A stretch of DNA of 64,000 bases from Utricularia gibba (GCA_002189035.1 NEEC01000013.1:1922001-1986000); one strand, 5' to 3'. Counted from the stretch's first letter, positions 48,601-61,699 are shown. A program made the numbers and translations. Notes: generated from the sequence alone by a model not told the origin.

Positions 48601-50140
48601 CTTGTTTTCAACAATTCTTAGAGTTACAGAAAGAAAAGCAAGGATTTGTCGGGGGAAGCCTCACATGGCTACCTTAGGTCAAACGTTGAAGTTAAGAAAG
48701 TCGAGAGAAAGCCTTCTTCCCCTGACAATACAAGGCAAGATTCTGCTTCCAGCATAGATCAGCATTCCCAAAAGGAAGCTGATTGTGGTTCAATTAAACA
48801 TGTGCAGTCTATGAACAAAGTGTATGTGGGCGGCCTTTCTTCTCATACCTGCGGAAATGGGTCCTTGCGTAATTGTCCCTCAGCCCGGAATACTGCAGAA
48901 GATGGCTCACAAATGGTCACGCCGCATCTAACCTTACCTGGTTTGTATCTCAGAAAAGCTAGAAGTTCGAAAACTGTTCATTCTCGTGATTTTCCCTTCA
49001 CTTGCAATCTTTAAAGGTTTGATCGCTGAGATTATGAGTGGGGGAAACCGTATGACATACGAAGATCTTTGCAATGCTGTCCTTCCGGTATTCTCACTCT
49101 TGCCTGGAAATATGTGTTTACCTTCCGTGAGAGATATTTTCTGGTATACGTCCCCTAGGGTTAAGTTTTAATTTGCATTTTGCAGCATTGGCCTCATCTA
49201 AGGAAGCACAATGGGGAGAGTTATGCATACTCAAGTCACTCGCAAGCTGTTCTTGACTGTCTAAGGAACCGTAGTGAATGGGCTCGTTTAGTTGATCGGG
49301 GCCCCAAGGTACAATCTCAATGCTATCTCCTGCCTGCACCTGAGACACATTTGTGCACGCATGCAGTGACCCCCGTTCACTGTTATACCTTCTCTTAGAT
49401 CTTATAAAACACGTAGCAATGAACAAAGATATTGTTATGGATATTCCATCTTCTGGTACTTGATTGTTCACTAGATGTAATAAAACTGTAACTTGTGCTA
49501 TTATCTAGATTAGGGCTGATGCTAAGATCATCGGTCCTATCAGATAATTTGTTTCACCTATAGTCCTGGGTTACTCCTTGGTGGACTCACCACACAAATT
49601 CACGAAAAATGTTCCATGCACTTGCCTTACCATTGGCATCCCATGGGATCTAGGGGATGCTTATTTTTCTTCCCTGATTGGGGCTTTTTACAGTTGCAAA
49701 CTTGTGAAACATATGTCTCTAATGTGGACTTTTTTTTTTCATGGGTGCTCGTATCCCAGACTAATGCAGGAAGAAAGAAGCGGAAAAATGATGCAGATTC
49801 TTTTAGTATGGAGTTAGAGGAAAGTGAAGAGACTAGAGTGAAAGTTGCAAGGAGCGAAGGGAGTAACAAGAGTCTGGAGTCCCACCAAGAAGACGTTCCC
49901 AAAGGTAGAAGACAAGCTAGGAAACGAAGGGGCCTTGCTTCACAGGAAAGAGGTGGCATTATGACAAGGCAGCGAAGGGCTGATATGGAAAGTGATTACG
50001 AGAGCGAATCCTCCAAGGAATCCACTGAAGATGATGAATCCAGCGAAGAAGAGGAAGAGGATGAAGACGAGGACAATGATGACGATGGAATATCAACAGT
50101 TAGGAGCGAGGCTTCTTCTGGTTCCGAGGCTACCCATTAG
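45687..50140 (+). CDS. Large PHD-finger protein (RING/FYVE/PHD superfamily), multi-exon; 1-bp deletion at G6 46080-46085
   Basis: DDWVDGSWTVDCICGVNFDDGEEMVDCDECGVWVHTRCSRY..FSCDKCK; WTDIPMEKRVHVQGVPGG(E)PG; LSDEELALLLHQELNSSPRVPRV; TYEDLCNAVLP|HWPHLRKHNGESYAYSSHSQAVLDCLRNRSEWARLVDRGPK; acidic tail. Confidence 0.88.
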
Positions 50141-50538
50141 TGTCTTCAACTCCCAGTAAAGCATCATCTTTTGGTTGAACATCCCTAGGCTGGGTAATAC
50201 AGATTACTTCCAGTGGAGAAGGGGAATCAAATGCTCTCTCTCTCTCTCTTGAAGAATCTCCTTTCCTTCCGAGCGTGAACGCAGATGCGCCGTGTCTACA
50301 CTTTGGACCGAGGTAAAATCATAGAAATCCCTCTTGTCGATGCTACTGCCTTGAGATTTGTACAGGATGGGGCCCTCCCTGCCCTCAAGTTTGAAATGTA
50401 CGGTACGCACATGCATATATCATATATGCTTTACAATTTACAATGGTTGAGAATATTAAAAAGTAGGAAGTTGGTTACATCAAAAAGGGGGGTTTCTATG
50501 CCTTCTCTTTTAGTCAGTGTTACTTTTGATGTAACATT

Positions 50539-52073
50539 CTAAGCCTGTTGGCGTAGTGAAGTTTGTGGTTCGATACATATGTTGATGATTTGTGATTCCT
50601 TATCTTCTTCTCCTTGATGCCGTTCTTTTATCTGTTCACCTGAGTTGTTATCCGTTTCCTGACTCTTCTTCATGTCTCTGTCTTTCCCCATAACAAAAAG
50701 TACAGCCCCACAATCACGGTGCCTGATCCCAGTACACTGCACAAAAAGGGTAACTGCAGAGTTAGGTAGCTAGAGGTGGGAGCATGGGAATTGTTACAGA
50801 GCGAGGGATCCATGTAACCAACCTTCCAAGATGCAGCTGCTCTCTAAACACTGGGACCTCATAAGCAGCCGCCATGATCTGTACCAGTGGACTGAACGCC
50901 GCTGTGAAGACTGCGCCGCGCTTTTTGACGCACCACGACATTCCCGCGAAGCACAATCCTGATGCTACGATTCCCTGCAAGGTTCTTCCTTGTCATAATA
51001 CCACTCATCCACTTCAGAAAGTGGTGATCGTATCCCCAGCAGTACACTCGACTCAGTGGGTTGTTGTACTTGGAAACAAGTTGGGTAGAGTTCTTACCGT
51101 GAAGAGAATGATGAGTATGTCGGAATGCCTTTTGATGAACCAGACGGAGGCCTCCCTGTTTGTAGACAGACACAGAATGGCTGATTGCAGAGCACTGAAC
51201 AAGGACATGAAGGCCGTGCTGGAGTATGGGAAGGGATATGCTTTGCCTAATCTTGTCTGCAGGAGGAACCACGACGACCAGCACAAAGTTCCTCCAACCA
51301 GCGCCATTGAACCAAACAGCCATTTCCTTGAGTTGGAATCGACCCTCTCTTCCTTGGTGAAGTGAATCGATGGTGTTTGTCTGGAGCAGGTCAAGAGGAT
51401 CACGCCTGCAATGCACACCAGCGCACCCACAAGCTTTGCGATCCCACTCTTCTCCCTCACATTCACCACTTCTTGGCTGCATGCATACACACCAAAGGTC
51501 TTTGGTTCTTGTGAGACACCTGTTTTGGTACTGTAAGGACGAAAGGGGAGAATGGTGCGTGCATCTTACCCCAGGAGCAGAGCCATCACGAACGTGAAGA
51601 CGGGCACCATGTTCAGGAAAGCGCATGCAAATGTGGCAGATGTGCTTTCTATCCCTATAAGGAAGAGATATTGGGACACCGTTGCCCTGCAGATCGATCA
51701 AACAGTTTTCGATGTACACAGAAAATATGCTGTTCATGAACTGGGATTGTGAACTCACCCCAGTATTGCACTGAGGAACAGTTGACACATGATTCCGAAA
51801 GTGAGTCCAGGATGGTTCTTCCTGCAAGGACACCGCCACCACATTTAATCTAAGATCAAATACACAAGGAATAAGAAGAAGAAGTAGCAACCCCTCGAGG
51901 AAGAAGGCCACTGGAGCTAGAAACAGAGTGGCAACAAGTTGCCGGTATGTTACGAAGACCAGGCGATCAAATCCTTCATCAACAAGCTCTTTCACAAGTA
52001 CGTTACTAACAGCGAAACCCATATCAACAACTATCATCACAATTACAGGATACCATCTGACCATCATCTTCAT
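50539..52073 (-). CDS. WAT1-related / UMAMIT (nodulin MtN21, EamA) transporter
   Basis: LVFVTYRQLVATLFLAP.AFFLE, GIAKLVGALVCIAGVILL, WSSWFLLQTRLGKAYPFPYSSTAFMS, GIVASGLCFAGMSWCVKKRGAVFTAAFSPLVQI. Confidence 0.92.
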
Positions 52074-52498
52074 TCTTTGCCTTGAGACGGAGGAGTTACA
52101 GTCTTATGATCTCTATATATAAGAAGAAGGTGGTGATGGAGGGAGGAGGAAACAAGAAAGGGAATAAAAGGGAGAAGGTAGAGAGAGAAAGCTTCAACAA
52201 TTGCTTCTCTCCAAGTTGCAAAGAGCATCTGGGACTGTGTAATGGGCGTAAATGGCTTGGGATATCGGCATCCAATTCCAAGGTGAAATGGAATCTTTCC
52301 AACCATGGGGACATCAAATCCTATTTCTTAAAAACGTGCGAAATTCAAAGCAACACAGTCAAAAAGGGTGTTGCCTTCAATGAACGGAGCAGAGAGTAGT
52401 GGAGTTCGCAGTCCCTTCCTTCCTAAAGAACAAAGGCTAGCAGCCCCTTGGTTCCAGTAAATGTGTTCAGCATCCATACATCTTGTTAGTCCAGTTGC

Positions 52499-53394
52499 TC
52501 AGAAATACAAACATGTATATGTTGAACCGAGCTCTGAAACTACAACATAGAACTGGCAGAATGATCTTCAAGAAGCCGAGACTAGGAGATTGTAGAACCT
52601 TGTAGATCTTCAATGAACAGAGGATGATATTGGTCTGTATAACAAAGCTGATGAACCAGCGCTGGGTCGCCAAACCCATTCATCTAGCCTTACAAATAAA
52701 ACAAGTATTGGCGGCTTGTCATCTCACCTTCATTTCAGAAACCGTGGCTCACAACGAGATCACCAAAGACTTGATCTTGCTAACAGCAAGCGTGAGGCTG
52801 CTTGAATATCCACTCATCTGCACATCCACCCGTTTCATAGATGTCAATGAAAATGCTCACTGCCTGCGGATTCAGGAAAACTGGCTGGCTGTTTTTAGCT
52901 ACCTACCTTTCCTATACGAGGATGTTCTTTAAACTTCTGGAGAGTGTTTCTCACATGCGACATAGCTCCCAAGCATATTAAAGCATCAGCCACATCATCA
53001 ATCCCAAATCATACTCATTTTCACTAAGAACCAGCTGAAAACTATTCATTCCTGCGTACGCAGCAGTTGATCTCTAAGTGCAAGCTTTCAGCTAACCCGC
53101 TACCTGCACTTCCACATAACATTCATGGCAAGGATATTCAAGTTGTGGCTGTTAACCCGTTTAAAGAACAAACGGATTAGAGTGGCTGAATTGAATTGAA
53201 GGAATCATGTATATAAATACAACTCACATCCCCTATCGGTTCAAATCGCCTTCAATTGGTTTCTCTGCGACAAAAAGCGGCGAAGAATGTCGGGAGCAGG
53301 GCCGATGAAACGCGCCGAGAATCCGATGCCTGAAGCAGGGATTTCGATGGTCACGGCGTCGCGCCGGAGTATGACCACCAAGAATACCCGCCAT
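52499..53394 (-). pseudogene. Unidentified multi-exon probable pseudogene, divergent from DUF177
   Basis: Segments 53148-53104, 52936-52907, 52863-52728, 52688-52599 and 52533-52499 have GT-AG borders with compatible phases and give one frame with three internal stops; upstream ATG 53394 (MAGILGG...). Two implied introns are only 39 and 43 nt, so the model is uncertain. Confidence 0.4.
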
Positions 53395-53598
53395 TGCCGG
53401 CAACCGGAGGCAGCTTGGGAAGAAAACATGCATACATTACAAAATTTTAGAGAAATCAGAATAATAATAATAAATAATAAATAATAAATCACTTCTTTTC
53501 TAATTAAATATTTGTTTTATTCGTCTTCTGTTTGTGAGTTGTGGAGTGGTGCCAGCCACAGGGAAAGGCCACCAGGATAAGGCAGGTCTCCGGGCGAG

Positions 53599-54765
53599 AT
53601 GGCCGCCGGAGTTGGGCACTGGTTTCCATCTTCAGTCTATCGCTGCACCAAAGACCTGAGACTCAGTAGCCATGGAATGTCAGCTACCTGTTCAAAGAAA
53701 AACGAATCTCCACCTCCCATGGTAACACACTAACCTGAACTCTTCTGTTGGATTGCTTACTCATGATGTATCTGTTGATTCAAGGTGGCCAAGAACAGGC
53801 CTAAACCACGGCTGGTCACGATATCGACATCCGACGGCCGGTGGAACGGGAAATGGGACACTGAATACTTGTTCTCCCTCAGGGATCTTGGATTGAGTGA
53901 TGACCTGCTAGATGGAGCTGATAGGAACACCCGAGTTCATGTTACTCTCAGTATCCACAAGGTGAGCTGCACTGCAGCAATAGCAGTTACCACAACATAG
54001 ACTCTGCCATGTTATGATATGCATATAAACAGTGAAGAGTGAAATAGTCTTCACCTTTCAGCATACTGGTCTTGGGCTTTCAGTAGAAGGAAGGCTAAGA
54101 ACGAGCTTCGCAACGACATGTTGCAGCTGTTGTGCCCCTTTTGTAAGAGAGGTGTGCACATCACCAGATTTAGATGTTCTGCAACGGTTGGATACATAGA
54201 ACTGATGCAAGGATAGTGTATGATGAATATCTATCAGATTGATGCCCCATTCAAGGTTTGGATTCTGGCGTCCACTAGGCAGATAAAAGACCCTCATCAA
54301 CAGCTCCCTACAATAGGAGAAGATGATCCCTGTGTAAGAAAGCATTTCACTGCCAATTCAAACTATGTAATCCATCACAAATTTGATGATAAAACTGCAG
54401 GTGATTTTGGTGAAACCTGGATGCGATGCAGACCTTGACTCCGTGATACAGGACACCACCCGGCTTGCCATGAGTGTTCAAGTATTTAAGCAAACGAGCA
54501 TATGACTGCTGTTGCATATCATTCAGAGCTGATGATGCATTCTTCACTGGGTTGCAGGAGACTTGCTCGGAGTCCTGTGAAAAGGCGGAGCCTCGCCTAC
54601 AGTGTAAGTGATAGTAAACAAACAACAGAATCTCCTTATGTCCAAGCCGCTAAAGGTTTCAAGAGGGTTGTTTCAGATTTCGGACCAAAAAATACGGCTT
54701 CAATTCATAGAAGGTGGTCTAAACTACTGGAGCTGAAGAACAACGGCTTCACCTCGGATAAATGA
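53599..54765 (+). CDS. DUF177/YceD-family plastid 23S rRNA accumulation protein (DUF177B-like), 6 exons
   Basis: Transit peptide, LVTISTSDGRWNGKWDTEYLFSLRDLGL, HTGLGLSVEGR...CCSCCAPF, LPTIGEDDP, VKPGCDADLDSVIQDTTRL, ETCSESCEK, SIHRRWSKLLELK. Confidence 0.85.
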
Positions 54766-55178
54766 CCAGCCTTGTGGTGCTGGTTCCGATTGGCGTAAGC
54801 TACAGGAACTTTGAATCAGCTAGAAATATACATCAATTCCTAGAGAAACAACGTTACAGACGATGGCTTGCATGGTTGCTGATTTCAAGTATCATATACA
54901 ATTACTAGATGCAAAGAACGCATGGATCTTATTACCATCTATTAAACCAAGTGTTTTCACATGATTTGGTAATTAGGCTATCGCAGAACAAGGAATTATT
55001 GCACATTGAATCAAAAAAAAACTGAGTAAAGCCCTGGATTGTGATGAATTATTCATAAGCACGCACAATCAGTGACCTGAGATCCTACCAAATAAATTAG
55101 AAAAGAACAACACAAGTTTCGTCTTCAGCTGAGAACAACAGCTACAGGATCTCAAGTGACCTGATATTTGTAAGCATA

Positions 55179-57091
55179 CTAGGTCCTTTCAGAAGTAGAA
55201 ACTTCAGTGCTGCATACAGGACATACCTACACAAACAATCAACCAAACATTGTCTCAACGGAATGCCAAAGAAATTTCAAGATTCGAGTTTATGTGCTCA
55301 TGTATGCTAACGGTTGAGTATTGATAGTTTTTTTATTTTATCAGTAACTGAGTAGAGATAATATTCAACATTTATATACATGCTACTCAACATTATTTAA
55401 CAAAAATATACCTTGTTTATCCTCAACCAATTATTTATACATTCTGGATGGTACAAATGTTTGCATGACAGAGACGTCAAGGTGTCGCCATCTTCATACT
55501 CTAACCTACATATAACACAGCTGAAACGCCACAATGGATTTTCTTAGCATTACACAACAGACAAGGGAATCTAATAGGTTGCACATTATTAACATGTAAG
55601 AGAGCACGTCTAATGACACTCACGAATCACAGCCTCCCTCATCTGCGCCTTCTGACTTATATTTGATAGAAGGCAATGAAGCAATTGTATCAGAAGATAA
55701 GCCTCTACTTTCAGTTCCAACAACATCACCAAGGGCAAGCAACTCCTAAAAACGTGAATTTAAATTAAAGGGATCCACAGTACATATAATTATGATTCCA
55801 TAATACTTGCCTCATATGACAGTTGGTCAGGATCAATATCCTCCCAGGTATCCTGATGTTACACAAGTTCACCAGAAAATAAGCAAGGCATGGGAAAATG
55901 TTGTTTTTATTAAAAAATGCTTCCGGAAAAGAAAGGGCCAAAAAGCTCAATCATACTTACCTGAGAAGTACCACCAAGCAGATCCTCATCCTCATCTTCA
56001 TCTTCATCCTCATCTGCAGCCTCTTCCTCTTCTTCATCATCTTCACCCAACCCAATGACTACTATAGATTAATTGAATCCCATCAGAAAACATTTTGACT
56101 TTTGAGATACAAGTGGTGGGCATGGATAAAAATAAAAAATAAAACAAGAAAACGAAAGTGACTAACTCGTATTTTCATTTATCCCAGCCATAGCCAGCAA
56201 CCTAGCTGCCATTTCCCGATCTTCCGCATCCTGCAAGGCTCTTGCATAGGCCTCATCACTAGAGTAAGCAGAAGGATCCAAATCACCGCTAATGTGTTCG
56301 TTTTCAACTGCTTGTGCATGAGCATTCACATCAAATGCATCTTCCGCCTCTTCATCCAACTCCACGTCCGAGCCATCGTAATCTCCTTCACTAGCATCAT
56401 CATAAGCATTAACATCAATCTCATACTCAAGCGCATAACTGTCGGCATCCCAACTCCCATAGTCACTGTCCTCCCCAGCATCCATCCTCAGCAGCATATA
56501 CGCTCTCTCCTACATGAGAAAGGCATACATATAGATCAAACCAGTGTTTTCCATGACAAGCCGAATACATACCAGGCCAAATTGAAAAGGGAAGGCCTTT
56601 ACAATGCTCTAGCACAAATCACGGGTTTCATGATGGAGCGAGTAAAAACAGTGAAACAAAACAAATGCCATCATCACAAACAATTGAATTTTCAACATAC
56701 GAATTATTCATTTTTTCAACACGCGTTTAAAAGTTATTAAATGAGTCATAACAAAAGAAAGTAGACTGAAACTGTCAAGACTAACAAGGAGCCCCAGGAT
56801 CGCAAGTCGAATCAATTAAGGCATTCAAGTCAAACCATGAATAGCAACAAACAAGCTAAAATCCACGAAATAGCAATTGAAGTCATCGAAGAAGAACAAA
56901 AGTCGATGAAGAAAATTTTCAGGAACCTGCTCTTGAAGAGTGCGGGCAAGGACGAGATCGGCGTCAACTTGACTGAGGTCTGTAAAAGGCGTCCTCCCGC
57001 GGGCGCGACCCGCGTCAGCGTTTTCACCGGGTTGATTAGCGGTAGGGTTTTGTTCTGGCGCAAGGTCGGCGTCGGGATTGCGGTTATCCAT
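55179..57091 (-). CDS. BBR: E3 ubiquitin ligase BIG BROTHER-related (RING-H2)
   Basis: PFTDLSQVDADLVLARTLQEQ|ERAYM, SDEAYARALQDAEDREMAARL, WEDIDPDQLSYE|ELLALGDVVGTESRGLS, CVICRLEYEDGD...CKHLYHPECINNWLRINK|VCPVCSTEVS; stop TAG 55179-55181. Confidence 0.93.
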
Positions 57092-57111
57092 GCTCAGAAT
57101 CTGTAGGGAGG

Positions 57112-57143
57112 CGGAGACAGAGAGAGAGAGAGGGAGAGAGAGA
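57112..57143. repeat. (GA)n/(CT)n tract in the BBR 5' region
   Basis: GAGACAGAGAGAGAGAGAGGGAGAGAGAGAGG just upstream of the BBR ATG. Confidence 0.7.
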
Positions 57144-57612
57144 GGAAACGACGATTGAGAGGAGGGAAGGGGGATTCGAATATCACCGCGTGAAAAGGAA
57201 CATTCCGACTCCGGTCACCGACTTGGGTTCTGATTTATACTTAACGAAGGAGGATGATTATCACTGCATAGGGCTAGCTGGGCTGCTTCCAATCACTTCC
57301 GAAAGATAGTAGACGACCCGCCCCGACCCGAAAAATGACATTCGTCTCCCCTTTCAGAGGAAGAAGCATGTTTTTCGAACCATGGAAGTTTTTCTTAAAT
57401 TAAGAAACAGTGGCAATGGTTGATGAACCGCATCAAATGAACTAGTTTTCTTGCTGTTTGCCAGGCAATAAGGGATAAAAAAGCGATGTTTGCTGAAAGA
57501 AAAGCTTACCTTAACAGCTAAACAAACGCACAAATCTATCAAATGCTACTGCACATTCCATTAAAGACACAGCTGCAGTTCCCCACACAACAGCTCCTCA
57601 ATCTGTCATCAT

Positions 57613-58499
57613 CTACTGTGAGCTTGAACTGGTTATGTGCTTCAGCTTTCCCTGCAAAACTGCACCAGCCTCATCTGCAATGCCTTTCTTTTTAGTAGCC
57701 ATCTGCATTTCATGTAGTTGTCAGTGAGATGGATGGCTATGGGGCATGACAAAAACACCACTTGTAAACAGATAAGACACCTCGAGAAGTTGATCGTGAT
57801 TCGATTTAAGCAGACTGATCTTACGCGAACAGTAGTCTCTACCCTCCTCCATTGTTTTCTGGTAAGATATGGAGAAGGATCAGGGGAATGCGACCTGCTT
57901 TTCCACATTCTAGGAAGTACATAGCCTTATGAAAGGCCTGATGATATCCTCTAGTAGCACATACATCACCAGTATAAAATTTAAAAGATTTGTTTCAAAG
58001 TAACCGATGCCCTGAGGAGCAAACCCGATTCCTATGCAGGAAGACCACATCATCTCACGAATCATCTAAAAAGCATGTTCTCCCGGAATCCAAATATAAC
58101 ACAACTGAATTCCATTTTAGCAAATTGGAGATTAACGGAGTACAAGCTAGCCCACCTCAATGAAATAGCCGGTTCCTACATCGATCAACACTTTCTCGGG
58201 ATCATCCAGCGTCCCCGGTACGTAGAGCGACGCCGTCAACGGAACCAACATTTTCTTCCCTGATAAAACTGACGAATCTGAGCCCGCAAAAGAGTGAAAT
58301 AGAAACAAGGTGAGCCCTATAAAAATATTAATAGACCTTGGGGACGGAGGGCGAGATCGCTGAGGGCGGTGGAAGCAAGCTCAAGGCGGACCGTGGCGGT
58401 GCGGATATTGTTTAGACTCTCCTGGAGCAAATTCACCTCTAAATCTGCCTGCTCTTTCAATGCCCTTAGCTGCTCAATGCTCATCTTCTGTATTTCCAT
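57613..58499 (-). CDS. PFD5: Prefoldin subunit 5 (alpha-type), 4 exons
   Basis: [33 protein letters not shown]|[33 protein letters not shown]|[14 protein letters not shown]|..[16 protein letters not shown]; stop TAG 57613-57615. Confidence 0.95.
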
Positions 58500-59018
58500 T
58501 CTTGATGACGCCGTCGCCGTTCCCAGGAATCTTCTCCGCTCACAAATTCTCAAGTGAGTTAAGAACCCTAATCAGGATCCGCCCTAGTGCACAATAGTCA
58601 GTGTGAAGGGATTTGTTTGATCTTTTTTCTTTTCTTTTTTTTTTTGCGGGTGAAAAACATTTTTTAAAAAAAATATGCCGATGAAAAATTTAAAGTGAAT
58701 TTCCTAATTATCAATTTATCTTCTTTCATCTTTATTATATATTGGGCTAAGTTTCATATGCTGGCCCAAGGCGCGGCGGAGAGACCTTCGACTGCGGCGG
58801 CAATCGTTGCTACAATTTTGTCTTCATATCTGTCACATAGTCCGAGGTTCGATGATTATTGTGTTATCGAAGATTCAAGTTTTTGGAATTTCTTCTTCCA
58901 AGTGTTAATGCATACAGCAATCGATCGCTGGACGTCGTGAGAACAGAAAAGTCTGAAGTTTTTTTTTTTTTTTTTTCGTTAGAACCAGGGTTGGGTAGTA
59001 CTTGGCTGGTGTTTCAAG
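58500..59018. promoter_or_regulatory. Bidirectional promoter between PFD5 and GRWD1-like genes
   Basis: Head-to-head ATGs about 520 bp apart; telo-box-like AACCCTAA ~58564; site II-like TGGGCT ~58743 and GGCCCA ~58763. Confidence 0.55.
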
Positions 59019-61549
59019 ATGGGCAGGAAGGTGAAGCCCAAAAAAGCGAAACTGAAAAAAAAGGTTAAGCAGTTGGCGTTGTTGTTGTTGTTTTTTTTTT
59101 CTCTTACGCGGGGTTCTGCCAAGTAAATGGCGAATGAACTACTGATTTATTTGAAAAGTATTGGTTTTGAGTCCAGGGTGCGAAGAAGGCCGGTGGTTCT
59201 TCGGTGCCTGCTCCGCAATTGGAGCCCAGGGTATGGCGACCGGACGTAGACCGGTTGGAGGAGGGTGAGGAGCTGCAGTGCGATCCTTCTGCATACAATT
59301 CACTCCATGCTTTTGATATTGGATGGCCTTGCTTGAGGTAAAATTACCTTTTGTGTCTTATTCCTGGATACATTCATTTTCTAGAAGCCGTTCATCAAGA
59401 AATTTGGAGCTCCACGGCGCTTATGAGATAATGAGAGTTTGGTTGATGTAGAGTATGATTTGTGCGTGACAGTTTATTTCATGGGGTGCAGTTTTGATAT
59501 AATGCGCGATTCACTTGGCCTGAAGCGCACCAACTTCCCACATACTGTGTATTGTGTTGCTGGAACCCAGGTCAGTAAGTAGCATCTGCTAGCATGATCT
59601 ACCGGACACTTTTTCTGACCTTTTTGGGTCCCGTTTTGGTTTCAAGATAAGTGATCGCACTTTCTTTTCTATGATTTTAGGCGGAGAATGCTTCCTCGAA
59701 CTCCATTGCAGTATTTAAGGTGCTCAATATTTCCGGAAAGAAGCGCAGTTTAGTTCCTGACAAGATGAATGCGGATGGCTCTGGCACGGATAGTGAGAGT
59801 AGCGACAGTGATGACGATGACGAAGAGGATGGTACTGGATCTGGTGTCCCTGTTTTGCAGGTTTCCATCTGGAGCTTTAGGTTCATTGACTTGTTTTTTC
59901 TGTTGTGGTCAATTGTTGAGTTATATTGAATCACAGATTCGAAGAGTTTCTCACCAAGGATGTGTTAACCGGATACGTGCTATGCAACAGAACCCCCATA
60001 TTTGTGCTTCTTGGGCAGACACTGGCCATGTTCAGGTAAGAATTTCTTGCACCAGCACTCGGAAAAAATGCAATATTATCCACCTGGATGCACTTTCATC
60101 ACTTTTTTCAATGATAAGGCAAGCTTATGCCTTTCCAACTTGATCCTTGGCAGGTTTGGGACCTCAGTGCTCAGTTAAACTCGCTTGCAAATGATGCTGA
60201 GGCCGCAAATGGAGGAAACCTTGCTGGCAAGCAGCCTCCATTAGTTAAGTTCGGCGGACACAAGGATGAAGGCTATGCGCTTGATTGGAGCCCTTTAGTG
60301 GCTGGAAAGTTTGTTTCTGGTACATCTCTTTGAGCCATTTGAATGGTGTATCTTGGTGGTTATCATTATCCACGGATTTCAACTAGATTATCGTTTTATA
60401 GGGGATTGCAAAAGCTATATTCATCTTTGGGAGCCATCTTCTGGCTCGACCTGGAATATTGATGCTAAACCTTTTGTTGGTCATCGTGCAAGTGTGGAAG
60501 ATTTACAGGTACAGTGCTGCACTTTCCATTTGTATTGCGGTTTCAGGCATATGAGTTTTATTTGCACTAGTTGAAAATCGAATCTTTCTGCATATTCCCA
60601 TTGTCACTCGCAGTGGAGTCCCACAGAACCTGATGTATTTGCGTCGTGCTCGGTTGATGGTACTATTGCAATATGGGATATTCGTGTTGGGAAGTCGCCC
60701 GTGCTTTCCATGGAAGCTCACAAAGCTGATGTCAATGTTATATCATGGAACAGGTACCTAGAAGCCTATGTCTTTTTAGCAGCAACCTTGTGCATGCGTT
60801 TTCTCAGCTTCTGCTTATTACTTCCTCTAGCCTGGCAAGTTGTATGCTAGCATCCGGCTGTGACGATGGAACATTCTCAATTCACGACCTTCGGTTGCTC
60901 AAGGTATCATGTCTTTACTGCATCCTCGGTCAAACTCCCTCTGGTTCAAGCCCACATTCTCACATCTTTTTCCCTTCCACAGACTGCAAATCCCGTGGTT
61001 GCAAGCTTTGATTACCACAAGCATCCCATTACATCCATCGAGTGGGATCCAAACGAGTCCATGTTGGCCGTATCCTCCGCAGACAACCAGCTAACGTAAG
61101 AAATATAGTGCATTGCAGTTTCCATCACCATAACCATTGCCTTCTTCTTCTTCTCCCCCTTATGTGTCTGAATTTCCTGTCACTTTTTCTCCGTTCCCAG
61201 AATATGGGATTTTTCCCTAGAAAGAGATCAAGAAGAGGAAGCCGAATTCAAAGCCACAGTGAAAGGACAGGCAAACGCCCCAGAGGATTTACCACCACAA
61301 CTCCTCTTTGTCCACCAGGTGATACGATACACATTGCGCCCTTTGGCCCTGGTTTCTTCGCTTCCGATGTTGTCAACTCCGCTTGTTTCTGCAGGGGCAA
61401 AAGGACTTGAAGGAACTTCACTGGCATAAGCAGATTCCTGGTATGATCATGTCAACTGCTGCTGACGGCTTCAATGTGCTCGTCCCTCCAACATCGACAC
61501 ATCCCTCCCTGGAAACGCTCCTCCACCCTAACGCAGCAGACGCTGTCTG
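59019..61549 (+). CDS. Glutamate-rich WD40 protein (GRWD1/RRB1/HTD1-like), multi-exon; probable 1-bp deletion at C3 61484-61486
   Basis: [34 protein letters not shown]|[41 protein letters not shown]|[14 protein letters not shown]|[16 protein letters not shown]; +1 base gives PSNIDTSLP...* at 61547-61549. Confidence 0.93.
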
Positions 61550-61699
61550 ATTCTCCTTCACGAAATGATCGCTGGAAATTTTATTATTATAATTTTATTT
61601 CCATGTATTTTCCATCGACTTTTGGTTTCAGTTAGATTTGATTTAATTTAATATAAACTTGTAATAACAATATCTGTTTCAATCGGTATAAAGAAGCCA

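Noticed and set aside
50285-50542. ORF MRRVYTLDRGKIIEIPL... downstream of the PHD gene
   Set aside because: Short, lies in the shared 3' region of two convergent genes, no recognisable family.
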